DNA of 64,000 nt from positions 294,458 through 358,457 of the forward strand of contig MNCI01000967.1 of NCBI GenBank assembly GCA_015680685.1. The letters run 5' to 3'. The notes below the pieces were generated by a model. The model was not told the DNA's origin. It ran no database searches and saw nothing but the letters and a program-made list of their open reading frames with translations. Position 1 is the first letter of the stretch. Each line of letters opens with the position of its first letter. Origin of the DNA: Gnetum montanum. Its lineage: Eukaryota; Plantae; Gnetophyta. This document shows positions 49,400 through 63,110 of the stretch, piece by piece. Made by a program: the position numbers and the translations under genes.

Positions 49400-51600
49400 C
49401 AAAAATGATAAAAATTATGATTACATTAGGTGAATCTCATATTGAGGTCATAGCCCATGGAAAAAACCATCTTGAAATGATCCTAGTAATTGATACTAAA
49501 GATGAATCTTCGTATACTCCTTGTATTATAGTTGAAGATGCCCTTCATGAGAATGAAAAATTTATGGCCATGATAATGTACAAATTAAAATTATGGGTAA
49601 TTGAGTCCAGTTTTATATTTAGGAGTATTTTCAATTAAGGTCTCAAAATATTTATGATGAGTATGCCATTATGAAAGATTTTCATGACCTTAGGTTTAAA
49701 TAACTAAATTATTTTGTTGGCATTTAGGAGTGTTTTTCTTTCATTCAAGATATGCTACTTCAGCTAAAAGGTCACCCTTGTTTGGACATATTTAGTTTAA
49801 CATTAGATCAAGATTCTCTAAAACATTTCCCCCATAATTCATGGTGATTCTCAAGGCCAACTACAAAGTACCTATCATCATGAGATTCAAGAATTGTATT
49901 TTCATATTTGCAACCTTTTTATGTCTTGCAATTAGTATAATGCTAGGATTCCTTAAGATTATAGGTCTCTTAATAGGAGATATACTTAGTAGTTTGTAAG
50001 GGGTTAATAATAGTGTTTACTAGAATAATTTTGTTACAAACTTGGTAATAAGAATTCTGAAATTTATTCTAGATTATTTATTATTATTTTATTGATGCTT
50101 TATCTATGTAATATTTATACAAATGTAAGAGAGTAAAGCTCTTTTTATTTCACTAGTTTTACTACTATTATAATGATAGAATTATGCCTAATTTATTATA
50201 TAGTTAAAGTTGAACTCCATTGGTTTTCAAGGTAATTATTAGTTATATTTCATTATTTTAACAAGAAAAATCCCTTATTGATTTACTTAATCCTTATTAA
50301 TTATAAATCAATGTAATGATTTTGCTATAAAGTTCCTAAACATGTATTCCATTTTAATTAACTCTAAGTGATTTTTATAATGAAAGTTCATTAAAATAGA
50401 AAATTCACATCAACTTTTTGTAACTCTTGTTTTGATAGAGGTATACCTTTGGATTTTTTATAATACCTTTCTATTGACTTGCCAAAATAGAGTCTTTACT
50501 TTTAGTAGAGACTATCTTCATATGTTACGTAATACCTTTCTAGTGTTCTATTGAAGTAATTTATATTATTCATTTAGAGACATTAGGTTATAAGTTTTTG
50601 TTAAATAATTACTTACTTTATTAATACAAAAACTATTGGAAAGTAGATGTAACTATTGCCTCTTCAATTAAGATAGTAAATAATAGATACTAATCTTTCA
50701 TTAGCTAAGTTTTTAGAACTTGAAGTTGGTATAACTTTTGTTAAAGATTTGTTCAGTGATGAAAAACATTTAATAGTTAAATAGAAAAGAAAATTCTTTC
50801 CCATATTTCTCTATTGATTCTATATATTGTTTATATGGTTTGATCTTATGGCCATTGACTAAGTATTTAGATTCTTAATTATCCTTTATTTCTACTAACT
50901 CATTTGTATTACTCTTAGTAATCTGATATGACCCTATTCACTTTTGAGTAAATTTCTTTTTATATTTATTAAATTTAGGATCAAACATTAGGACATAAAC
51001 TCCTACAAAAAATTAACTTTTCTAATTTTCTTATCATGGAATTTTTTAGTTTTTTCTTATTTTAATTCTTTTCTAAGTAATGAATCTCTATGAAGTTCAT
51101 CTAGTTTATTAACAATTTTCAACCATCTTTTTAAACCCTCATCTAAATATATATTAAGGTTTTGGATTTTTTAAAGGTTTTTAGTTAAAATTAACTAGGA
51201 AACAATGACATTTTATAGTAGGTTAATTCATATAGAGTCTAGCCCATGGTATGTTCCTAAAGAATTTTAGGCATTGAAAAAATTTCTTAGTTATATTTAT
51301 TTCACAAAGAATTAACTAATAGAATTTATGTTATTAGAAAGCTAGGAAAGCTTATATTGTTTGAGAAAAAGAAGTACTATACAAGATATCCAAAAGCTAA
51401 TGTTATGTTATGTTCTTTCTATGTTATCAAAAATTGTAGCAATTCTGGTAGTGTAATTTTGAAAGATGATAACTCAGAAATTGTTAAATTTATAATGTTA
51501 AAATTTTAACTATTTGCAAAGATATTAGATTTCAAATAAATTTGAGATTAAATCAAATAATTATGAGATGAAGAATAAATAATCTAACCTTTGACTATCA
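49400..51600 (+). mobile_element. Highly decayed LINE (L1-like) ORF2/RT remnant
   Basis: Faint traces in expected order of KSPG-, LLPK-, RPI-, GF-, LSPYLF-, ADD- and SGSKIN-like motifs around 50330-51000; boundaries approximate. Confidence 0.4.
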
Positions 51601-52049
51601 TTCTTTCAAGTAAAATTTTAGGATTCAAAAAATTTGCCAAATTGCAGAGTGAATTTCTTCCAAATTGCAATAGATATTGAGATGAAGTTTTAGCTTCATG
51701 TAATTAAATATCTAGCTTAAAAATAAATCTAGAATCACTAAAAAATATTATGAAATGATTGAGATGTAATCAAAATAGTGAATGCTTCCAATTCTAACTA
51801 TTCAACTTCCAAGATTGAGTAAATAATGATGAATGATTTTGATGAATGTTGAGGAATTGATGATGGACTAGTGAAATTTTGCTGAAATTATGCTAATGAT
51901 GACATCATAAAAATTTCCAAGAGATGCTTTGGATATATATGTAATGAGTAGGATAAAGTGGAAGATAGTCTTTATTCTTCATTTTTGCTTTCTTCTTTTC
52001 TTATCATGTTCTAACTTTCTAAAAATTGCTTAAGGTACTTGATCCTATG

Positions 52050-54330
52050 AGAAAAAAAAATTTGTTATTAACTTAGCAAGTTTCTCTTTTGAACTAATGT
52101 GAATGGGTTTCATGGTTCCTTATTTCACTCTTTGCTTAATGAAATAGTAGTTTATGTCAATGTTTTTTTGACTTTTTGTGATGTGCATAGTCTTGGGATA
52201 GTTGCATTGTTGCTATATTATCATAATATAAATTCATAGGAGTGTGAGAATTTTATATAGCTAGGGTATTTATTGGAGGCATTTGGTCATGGAAATAAAC
52301 TCAGCTTCACACGTGAATAAGCTTATGAATGTTTTTTCTTTGATTTCTAGTATAATGAATTTTTTCCATGCATAATGAGAAATTCTAAAGTTGAATTTCT
52401 ATCATCATTATCTCCTATCTAATCAACATCTAAATATGGATGAAGTGTATTGTCTCCTTTATTGAATTGAATTCCAAAGTTGCAAGTTCCTTTAACATAT
52501 TTGAGGAGATGCACAAGTCCTTACATGTGAGATTATCTTGGTTCTTACATGAATCTGGATAAGTATGATGTTTCATTTTTTAAATTTCATTTTTTGTGAT
52601 AGAAAAATTGAAGTGATCTAATCATGATTCTATATATGGTTGCATCTTTGAGAGTAGGCTTATCTTTGTTGGTTAAGTTTAAACTGTATGTCAAAGCAGT
52701 GCTAACTAACTTCTCATTCTTTAGATTAAATTCTTTAATGATGTAATTTGCATACTTGGTTTAATAAATCTTCATTTCCTTCTTATCTTGGTTCACTTTA
52801 ATTCCTAGGAAGTATTTGAATTCTCCAAGATCCTTCATTTCTAATTTAGTTTGCATGTCATTCTTGAAATATTCTATTAGCTTTTTATTGATGGAAATAA
52901 AAATAATTTCATCTAAATATAGTGATATGATGATGAATTCATCTCCTTCCTTATTCAAATATTGTGTTGGTTCAAACATGAAATTTTAATAAATTTTTTG
53001 GTGAGATAGTCATTTACTCTCTAGGCCATATAGAGCTTTGTTGAGTTTGCATACTTTGTATTCTTTTACTTTAATAACATAATATTTATGATGGTATATG
53101 TATACTTCTTCTTTGATGTATCCATTTGGAAATGTTGATTTGACATTCATTTGTTAAACCTTTAGATCTTTATGTGATGCTATGGAGAGAATGAGCTTGA
53201 TGGTTTCAAATCTAGCAACCGATGCAAAGATTTCTTCATAGTCAATGTGTTTCATTTGTTTGAATCCTCTAGTTACAAGTCTTTCTTTGTGTGTTATGAC
53301 TTATTCTTTCTTATTGTACTTTATTTTATATAATCACTTGAAATTAATAATCCTTTTATCTTTTTGTTTATCCACTAATTTCCATGTGGTATTTCTTAAG
53401 ATGGCATTGTACCCTTTATCCATGGCTTCTTTCTATACTTTTAATTTCATGGATTTATTGAAATTGATTGATTAAATTGAGATTGCTGAATATTCCATAT
53501 TTATAATATTGTAAGATCTTATAATTCTTCTTTCAAAATTTTTGTCTAGAATTTGAGTGCATGGATGGCTTCTTTGAACCTAAGGTCTTAAACTTTGATA
53601 TGTATCTAATTTATCTTGTTGTTTTAAAAAAAATTGTACCAAACATTTGTCTCATCAAATATAACATCTCTTGAAACATGTTATTTCTAATTCATTGAGT
53701 CATAGCACCTATATTTACAAGTGTGAGCATCATAATAAAAAATGCAGTTCTTTCCTCTATCTTCAAGTTTTTCAATGAATTGTTTTGGGGTATTTACATA
53801 GCAATGACATCAAATATTCTCATATGACTCAGATTAGGAATTTAGTTATATAGAGCTTTATATAAAGGTTTGTCTTCATTACTTTTGGTGATGACTTGAT
53901 TAAAACTGTAACAAGTAGTTATGATGGTCATAATTCAATATTGGTTGGATAGTGAAATATGCTTTAGTAAGCACCTTATCATATCTTGGTTGTTTTATTT
54001 TTTCTTTCAACTACTCTATTTAATTTGGGACTATATCGACATGTGGCCTGATGAAAGATACTATTTTCTTTACAAAACTTGTCAAATTTTTTATTCATGA
54101 ATTTATTCCTTTGTCTGATCTCATGAAGTTAATCTTAACATTTATGGAGTTTTCAATTAGTTTGTGGAATGTTTCAAAGCATTTCATGGATTCATCATTT
54201 TTCTTTAGATTTTAAGTCCAAGCGTATCTTGAGTAGTCATCTACTATGACCATGAAATAATTTGCTCTTCCTATTGAAATAGTGGAAATTAATCCAAAAA
54301 GATCCATGTGTAAAAGATTAAATGATTTTT
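52050..54330 (-). mobile_element. Degenerate Ty1/Copia INT-RT-RH
   Basis: HMDLFG..YFMVIVDDYSRYAW, IDYEEIFASVARFETI, ISLYLDEII, MKDLGEFKYFLGIKV. Confidence 0.85.
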
Positions 54331-54720
54331 TTCTTCTTTATCATGCAAGATTTTTTTCATTAGAGGCTTGTCTAATATAGATGAGAGGGGTAGAAAGATT
54401 AGGAACATAATACACATTGAAATTTTATCCATAGTTTAATTTAACTATACAATGTTCTATTTCTCTTATGACCAAGTATTTTTCATCTTCAATTTTGATG
54501 TTGCCAAGAACATTGTTTATTTTATAATATAGAAGATACTTTTCACAGGATATTGTATGATTAAAGTGCCAACTATCTACAATTTAAGAATCTTAGTTTT
54601 TTCTTAATTAAACTGAAGATTGCATAATTACCTGGCTCTTCTTCTTGATTATCCTTTTAGGTGATGATGAGATGTCTTGTGAAGTTTGTCCATGTATTAT
54701 GTTAAAACTAATTCTAGTCT

Positions 54721-55527
54721 TGAAACACCACTAGGAAAACACTTGTAATCTTTTTAGCATTGTAACTTTCACCCCATGAAACTTGAGGGTAAAATATTAT
54801 TGTAGAATGTAAATATTATAATCCACAAGATGCAATTTCATATATATTAACTTTTGGGGTTGAAAAAATGCCTCACAAGTAGTCATAGCCTTAATCTCCA
54901 AGTGAAAAAAGTCCCATCATGCCTATATTTGGACTTGGTGGTGGTAGGAAGGGTTAAAGATGCCTTTTGGACTACCAAAATTAACATTTTTAGGGGCTTT
55001 GTGGGGGGTATGACTTTTGCTACACTGGAGTCACCCATGCTCAACATTGGGAGGTTGAGCTCTTGTAGCTTTAGTGTGGCTCTAGCAACCCTAGCATTGC
55101 TTTGGCAATCCTAGTGTTACTCTTGTTGCAATGTGGCTCATACAATCCCAATGTTGCTCCTAAAGTTTAGCATGCTTAGCATTGGTCTAGCAACTCTAGC
55201 GTTACTCCAGCAACTCCAGTGTGGCCCTAGCAACCCCAACATGCTCAATGTTGGTCCTACATCCTAGCATTACTCATGTAACCTAGTGTTGTCCATGCAA
55301 CCTAGCATGGCTCCTATAGGCTCAACATTGTTCCTAGAACATTAGCATGGGTAAAATTCCTATTTACTATTTTTGATAACAAGAATTGTTTTGGTTCCTT
55401 GGGATATCAAAATTTACTATAAATAGAAGCCATGCTAGATTTGGATACCCACTACACCTACAAGTAACATTAATTTATTAGTAATTAGGAAAGAAATTTG
55501 TAGCCAAAATTATGATCATGAAACCTA
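54721..55527 (+). mobile_element. First ~800 bp of an LTR of the 31211-47501 family, interrupted by the next element
   Basis: Starts tgaaacaccac; inverted homology to ~31920-32714. Confidence 0.7.
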
Positions 55528-58500
55528 TGTAACAACTGAAAACATTAATGGTTGAAATCATTGAGGAATTAACAGACACAAAACCTTATCCTACCTCTGC
55601 ATGAGGGCTTGTTGGGAGTAGAGGTAGAGTGCCCTGAATGATCTTGTCGATCAGATAGGGGCTTTATTGGTTGTAGCCAAGGGTAGTGGATGCAATTGGG
55701 GGTGGCATGGTTAACTAATATGCAAAGGAAAACAATGCTAAGTGTTTAAGAAGCATTTTCCATGGTGTAAAGCATAGTTAAGGGGTGCATGGGGGTAAGC
55801 ATAGTTAAGGGTTTTGGTGAAAATGAGGCTATCGACACACAAAGACTATCACCCGAGGGTAGTTGTATTGTGACCATGCATTGAAAATGTGAAAAATGCA
55901 AAGAAAATGTGAAAAATGTAGGAGAGAAAAATAGAAAACCATCCTAAATGGGGTTGAGCATAGTTAACTCCAAAATGGATTCAAAAGGTACGTGGTGTAT
56001 AACAGGCATAGTGGAGAGCATAGTCATAGTGTTGATGATATCAGGTCATAAAGTCTGGTGCTCACCATGGTGTCTATGCATATCAAGTTGGCCACCGTGG
56101 TGTATTGTGGGTAGTGGTATTCTACAGAGCTAGAATGGGGTTGTGGTATGCAACTCTACCTCTTTGTAGTCACTGGTGTATCTTTGGGTCTTATTCGCCC
56201 AAAATGCCAAATGCCAAGAATGCCAAAATGTCAATGCATTCAAAAAGTGGCATCACCTAAAACATTGGGGGAGCAGGGGTATTTATAGGGCTAGGGTTAG
56301 CCCAAAATGCAAAGAGACTACCACATGGTAGTCAGGTAGTTGGGACTACAATGTACCATAACTACGCTCTCCACTAAAGCAAATAGTGTTAAGTTGTGTT
56401 GTACTCTAATGAAATTTGTGAGGTCATGAGACTATGACTACACTACTAATTGCATGTGCAAATGCAGAGAAGACTACAATATACTTGAGCAAATGCGAAA
56501 AAATGCAACTTTTGGTGACTACTCTATGGGACTAGACTATCCACTATTGGAAATGATGTTGAGCATAGTTACAATTTTGGGAAAAAGGGGGATGCAAAAA
56601 AGATGAAAATGCTTGTTGGATATGTGTTGGAGCTAAGGTGAATGTTGATGCTAAATTGTAGAGGCCTTTGGAGGCTATTTTGCATGTCTATTCTTAACTA
56701 TGCTCTGTAGTGGGGGAGAGCATAGTCCAATGCTTAGGTGAAATTCTACAAAAAGGTGGCTTTGTATTAACCATGCTCTAGGGGAGGCTAACTATGCTCT
56801 TGACTAGGGATCAGCATAGTCACAACACTTAGAAATATTTTGTAGAAAATGGTATTTCATGCTGACTATGCTCCAAACTAGTGAAGAGTGTAGTCCAACA
56901 CTTCGAATTTTTTTTTCAAAATCTTGGCTTCCAGTTGACTACGCTTAACTACACTCTTGAGTGTAGTCTCAATAGTTAGAAAACTTTTGCAAAACTGCAC
57001 TTCCATGCTAACGATGCTTGACTATGCTCCTAAGCATGGTCTTAGTAGTTAGAAAAATTTGCCAAAACTAAGCTTCCAAACTATCTATGCTTAACTACAC
57101 TTCCAAGTGTAGTCTCGATAGTTAGAAAAATTTTGCAAAACTAGGTGCCCAAACTATGTACACTTGATTATGCTCCCAAGTGTAGTCTCAACAATTAGAA
57201 AAAATTTTATAAAACTATGCTTCCAAACTATCTATGCTTAACTATGCTCCTAAGCATAGTCTTGATAGTTAATAAATTTTACAAAAAACTAGTTCTTCGT
57301 GCTGACTACACTTGACTACACTTCCAGTAGTGGAGAGCATAGTCTTAGCACTTAGAAACATTATGCTATAAGTGTCATCATTCTAACACTTAGAGAAATT
57401 TTCAAAAATAGCAATTTGAGTTGACTCCACTCTCTATTACATTGACTATGCTCTGGGGCAATGGAGAGCATAGTCCCAACACTTATAAAAATTTGTAAAA
57501 AGTGTCATTATTCTGACACTTAGGAAAATTTGCAGTTAAGATGCCATAGCCAAAATTTTGTGATGTTTCATTGACTCCTCTTTGTTGACATTTGGAGGGG
57601 TGGCCAGAGAGACATCAACAAAGAATGATAAAACACCACAATAGACTTGGCATCAACATTGCTCATTAGTACTTGATCGGGTGTTGTTTCACCATGCTCA
57701 CGAGTGCTATGGATAGCAATATGTTGAGGATAGAGGGTGTAGGAAACATGTTGGGGACAAACTAGGAGATGAAATGCAAATAGGGTATCATGATGTATGA
57801 TGCAGAGTCAACATGAATGATGGTGACCATGGCACTGAGGTGGGTTGCCCCTAAGACATTGACCTCTCATCGAAGTGCTCATGAGAAAGTTAGTGTGAAC
57901 TTAGGGCTAAGCCAGTTGCAAAATTGTAGAATTGTGAAGTTTCTTGGGGATGTGCTTTTCCCCCTTTGCTTTTTCTTTTTTTTCTTTATTTTTACCTTTT
58001 TTTATGCTTTTTCTTTTGCTTCTATACTTTGTTGTGAGGTGAACCTCTATTGGGTTTTGCACATTTCTAAATGTTAGCTACAAGGTGTTGGCCATCAAGT
58101 GAACTACGTGCCACCTAATGGGCTTTGCTTTGATGCAGCCATGTTGCATCTATAGGATAGGTGTTTCCTTCCTAAGATGAATTGCATTAGATCCACCTAG
58201 ACTTTGACTAGCCAACAAAGGCTTCCCATGGGACAAGTTGTGTTACATCTACCTTGGGTTCTACAATTGACTTGAGAAGTGTGCCATGTGTATCATAGTG
58301 CATATGCATCAAAGAGGTTTGCAAGTGTAGTAGCTATGCAGGGAATGCAAGAGTATGGGATGTAAGGGTAGATGCACATAGGATATAATGAGATGAAGGG
58401 GATGTGCAATCTTGAGTGGCTTACCTAGTCTAATCATGCACATCAAAGTGATGTGGTGACTTGCTATTGCAATGAGATGCATCCTTGCACAACTGCCTCA

Positions 58501-58739
58501 AGGCTTCATCCTCCAAATACAACTTCGAGAAGATAAAAAATCACAAATATGAAATGCAAATCAAGTGCCGAATGCAAAGATGCTATAATTTCATCAAAGG
58601 TTGAACAAGATGCAGGTGCTGAAGAAGCTAGTGAAAGTGCCAAGGGTGATGATGATGTAAGTGCTCCAAAGGTTGCATTGATGGCAAGTGCTCCAATAAT
58701 CAGCAAAATGTTAGTTCAAGGTCCTAGTAGACAATGAAC

Positions 58740-59345
58740 CTAGTTTAAGATCCTAGAAAACTATGGGTATGCTAGTTTTAGCATCATGGAGGATGAATGT
58801 TGTGCTAGTTTTAGCATCATGGTAGATGAGTTGTGTTAGTTTTAGCATCATGGTATATGTGCTATGCTAGTTTATAGTCATAGCAAACTATTGTGGTAGT
58901 TTTAGCATCATGGTGGATGAGTGCTTACCTTGCTTCAGTGAGGTACAGTGCTACATGCTAGAGATGCTCTTGCATAGCCATGCTATGTGCCTGCAAGATC
59001 CTACAAAAATCAACTAGAAAAACAACATCAAGTGGCACTTTTTAAAATGAATTTAATGCACAAATGAGAGGAAATAATGTGAAAAGAAATTGTTTTGGGG
59101 CCATTCCAAGCCACAATAGTAGTTTAAGTCATTTTGAACCCTCATGTTGCTAGTTTTGGGTCATTCCGGGCCACGTGTGTTGCTAGTTTTGGGCCATTTG
59201 GGTCATAGCTATTGGGATTGATATTTTTTGGCATTTTATACTATAGATGCTAGTTTAAGGCCATGGTGGGCCATGACATTGCTAGTTTAAGGTTGTGACA
59301 GGTTGTAGGGTGCTAGTTTAAGGCCATGGAAAGCTATATGTTGTT
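58740..59345 (-). other. Two clusters of the putative pseudoknot motif in the non-autonomous element
   Basis: e.g. gtt-tgctat-gac-tataaac-tagca (~58865-58888) and ggcc-caccat-ggcc-ttaaac-tagca on minus strand. Confidence 0.65.
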
Positions 59346-59653
59346 TTTGTAGTTTTAGTTTTTGTGAGCTTTATGGATTTTTGATGTTTTTTATGCATAA
59401 GAAAAGTGAATGAATTCATAAAAAAAGCAAATAAATGCATAAACAAAGTTAAGTAATGCATAAGCTAAGCAAGCAGGCTAAGTGTGAATGTGTATACAAA
59501 TGTAATGTAAGTGAAAGTAAAAAATGCATGGCATGTTACAACAAAGGGTAGGTAGGTTCCTAGAACATTTTGGGCCAAGGGGATTCATTGGTCATGTAGT
59601 TGCTTCCTAATCCATTGTGGATTAGGGAACATGTAGGGCTTAGGATGCACTAC

Positions 59654-62600
59654 TCATTTGGGTGTTTTGTCTTCCACTGCTCGTTTGGATGTGTTAGCCT
59701 TATGCATTATGTTGTCATCCTTTGTTGTAGATGTGTCACAAGGAAATTCCACCTCTAACCCTTGCTTTATGTTGAGGCTGTTGATGGCTAGAAGGGCTAT
59801 GTTATCACCATGGGTGATAACTTGACCACCTTTGTATGGAAGGTGGATTTCTTGATGGATGGCAGAGGAGATGACCCATAGTTGGGCTAGCCAAGGCCTA
59901 CCTAGGATCAAGTTGAAGCTTGTCATTTTATCAATAATGGTGAATTATATGGAGGTGAGGAATTGATCCCCTACCATAAAGGCTATGTTTATCATACCCC
60001 TAATAGTGACACATGATCCATTGAAGAATTTTAGACATGCAATTTTTGTTGGCCTAATTTGGTCTAAGAGGCCTAGTTTGTCAATGATGGTGTATGTAAC
60101 CATGTTTGTTGCCACACCATCATCGACATGTACCATGTGGATGGTGCACTATCCAATGCATACACTAATAGATAGTGGAGCTTTTGTGACCTCCCCTCAT
60201 TTGGGGTTGACCTTGACTACCTTGTTACAAAATGCTAGGAATGTTGAACCTGATTCTTATGGTGTAGGGGGCAACATCGCTACACAGATGACATTCCCAT
60301 CTATAGGAATGTCCTTCATAATAGGAATGGAGGTTGACATCCAAGATAGTGCTTCTTGGTGAGTAGATGAGGTCATAACCAAGTCATACAAGCTCAGCAT
60401 TGTGTTTTTTTGCTTAAGCATTTATTTTACCTAGGAAAGTACATTTGCAAAGTTCTTTTCATCGACCATTGTGTTGGCCTTAACCTCCTCCATGCAGCCC
60501 AAGAGATAGATCTCTCGTGGAGGGGACTTGGGCTTGGTTTGCTTGGCCTATTTGGGGGCCTCAGTATGTAGTTGTGGCTTGCTAGTTGTGGCCTTTGCTT
60601 CAACCATAGGGAGTGTAGGGGTAGGGATCAGCTTTAGTAGATCAAGCACTCTTTGGTCTCATTGTTGCCTAGCCTTTTGGTTTTTGAGGTGCTCATTTGG
60701 CCTCTTGCATTGCCATTTTGAGGACCTACCTATATTGCTGATGGGGTCAACCCTTAGGCAAGAAGGAACCAATACATTGCCTACATAAGGCTTCGAGTAG
60801 GTGAGGGGCAAGCATGTTGTGACACCCTAATGGCAAATAGTCATTTTGTAGTTGTTGCTACAGCATGCCAGTTTAATGTTGTAGCAAATGGGTTATGCTA
60901 GTTTAACGTCATAGCAGATGAAGGCTAGTTTAATGCCATAGCAGATGATTTGTTTGTGTGCCAGTTTAATGTCATAGAAAAAAAGGAGTTTGGATGCCAA
61001 TTTAACATTATAGTGGATGAATGTGATGGGACCCTAACCACAAAAGGTGTTGTGGGTGCCCAAGTTGGCACTTTGATAATGAAGGGAGGCCTCTTTCTTA
61101 TGGAGGTTAAGGGAACCTTTGCACTGCTGGGAGGCATGCATATCACAAAAGGCTACTTCATTAGGGATAAATTGCCACCCATGCTGATGGTATTGATGAA
61201 ACAGGTGACATCATCGACGTTGGATTGGTTTTCCAAGTCAAGAACCAGTTCATCCCTATCTATCATTCTTTGCAAATCATCTTGCAAAGCCTGATAGTAG
61301 TCCATGCTATGACTAGACAATTGGTTATAGTGATAGAATTGGTCTAGGTTGAATTTTTGTGGGACTGAGGGCTTGTTTGGTAATATTGAGATGGGATTCC
61401 TTAGTACTTTGCAGTACCTATCGTGCCATTGGTGGGCATATTCTAACACTTATTTGTGTTGGATTTGCCTAGCTTTTAGTAGTTGATCTAATAGCTATGA
61501 GGGTCTTAATGGCAATGGGGTATACTTTGAATGATCCTTACACTCAAATTTGGACCTTGGAGTGGCTTACACTATGACCCTTGTTCATGTAGGTGGCTTG
61601 GTTGCCTAGGTGCTAGAGTTAGAAACTTTGGGTTGCTTAGTTGTTGGCCCACAATTGGTTGCTTTTGCATTTGCGGCTACCATTACCACTATTGCATTTT
61701 GTTTTTGTGCATGCTATTTTTTGTAGGCCATGTAGGTTAGGTTGTTACTAGCTTGTGCTACCACTTCTATGCCCTTTGTTTGGGCAAAAGGCTTGGCTTA
61801 GAGACTTTGGAGCCAGGTAGTACAGTTTTAACTTGATGAAGTTGTTAACTGCATCCTTGAAGTTGTCCAAAAGGTGAATCTCTACTATGGGCTTCCTCAT
61901 TTCATTTAATGAGGCACTCCAACATTGGATAAATTTTTGTACGAGCTCTAGGGGGCCTTATTTAATTTGCATGAGCTAGTTGAGGATAGCTTCAAGCTTC
62001 AAGTTGTACCTAAAGCATGTCACAAACTAGTTGGGAAGTTCCTCTAGGGAGGAGATAGAACCCCTAGGTAATGTGCGATACCAATTTAGGGCTTTGCTAG
62101 TTAGTTACATGGTGAAAATGTGTATTATAGCATGCAGCCAAGCTTGTAGTAGCAAACCTTCAGACCTAAATATGACTAAGTGCATGTTGGGTTTCCTTTA
62201 CCATTGTACTTGGTGAGCTAAGGTAGTAGAACCCCAGTTGGTAGAGTTAGGGATGGGACTACCGGACTTATAGGGTCATCATGGTAGAAGCTCATCACCT
62301 TGATGGTTTTGGAGGAGGTAGTCTTGAGTAGATTAACTTCCTCCATCAAAGTTTGGATCAGTTGGAATGCTTGGTCCAAGTTTTGCAATCCACCAACTAG
62401 TTGCATTGGTTGTATGACATAGGGCTAGATTACTAGTTGCAGAGCCATGCAATGTGATTGATGCATTGGCTACACTATGGCTGTGGTGATTGGGATAGGC
62501 CACACATGTGTGAGTTGGATCAACATTGAGGGCATCAATGAAATAGGTAGGATGTAGGATGCCTAAGTTGTTTAGGGTTGGGAGATGGCCCCTGCATGAA

Positions 62601-63110
62601 TGTAGGGTTGGGTAGGCATGGTTGTTGTTGGCAAGGACGATTAAGTAGGTTGTGATGATGTTGAGAAGGGTAGGCTTATGATCATCTAGGGGAGGATGGG
62701 TGAACTAAATCGAGGAGGGGTTGAATTGAGGGGGGGTTGTTGGAAGATGATGAAGTGACTCTCACATTTAGAGTTGGATTTGAGCTCATCTTCCTACTCT
62801 TGTAGGACTTCCTAATAGCTTCTTCCTACATTGTTCTTGTTTGCATGGATGAGTTGGGATACTAATTGGTGCTAGGAATCCATGAGTGGGATTATATCAA
62901 ATGAGAAAGAAATGTACTCTTGTCCATCTTGATGGATTCATTTGAAGTCCTATTTTTCCTCTATGTCACAATGATCCATAGGTAACCCTACTTAGTTTTG
63001 GTACAAATAAAGTTGTATTGTTTGTGGCTAAGCATGGCATGCTCTGGGTGAATGGTAAATGTGTCAAGTGTGTTAGACACTAACATGGAAGATTGATTTG
63101 GATTCATGTT
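59654..63110 (-). pseudogene. gag: Degenerate gag-protease
   Basis: SFYHDDPISPVVPSLTLPTG, FYHYNQLSSHSMDYY, PFVVRVP, VHVDDGVATNMV, FNLILGRPWLAQL..IHQEIHLPY. Confidence 0.85.

Noticed and set aside
58506-58737. Ala/Ser-rich 62-66 aa ORFs
   Set aside because: Lie in the 3' UTR of a decayed element, low complexity, no homology recognised
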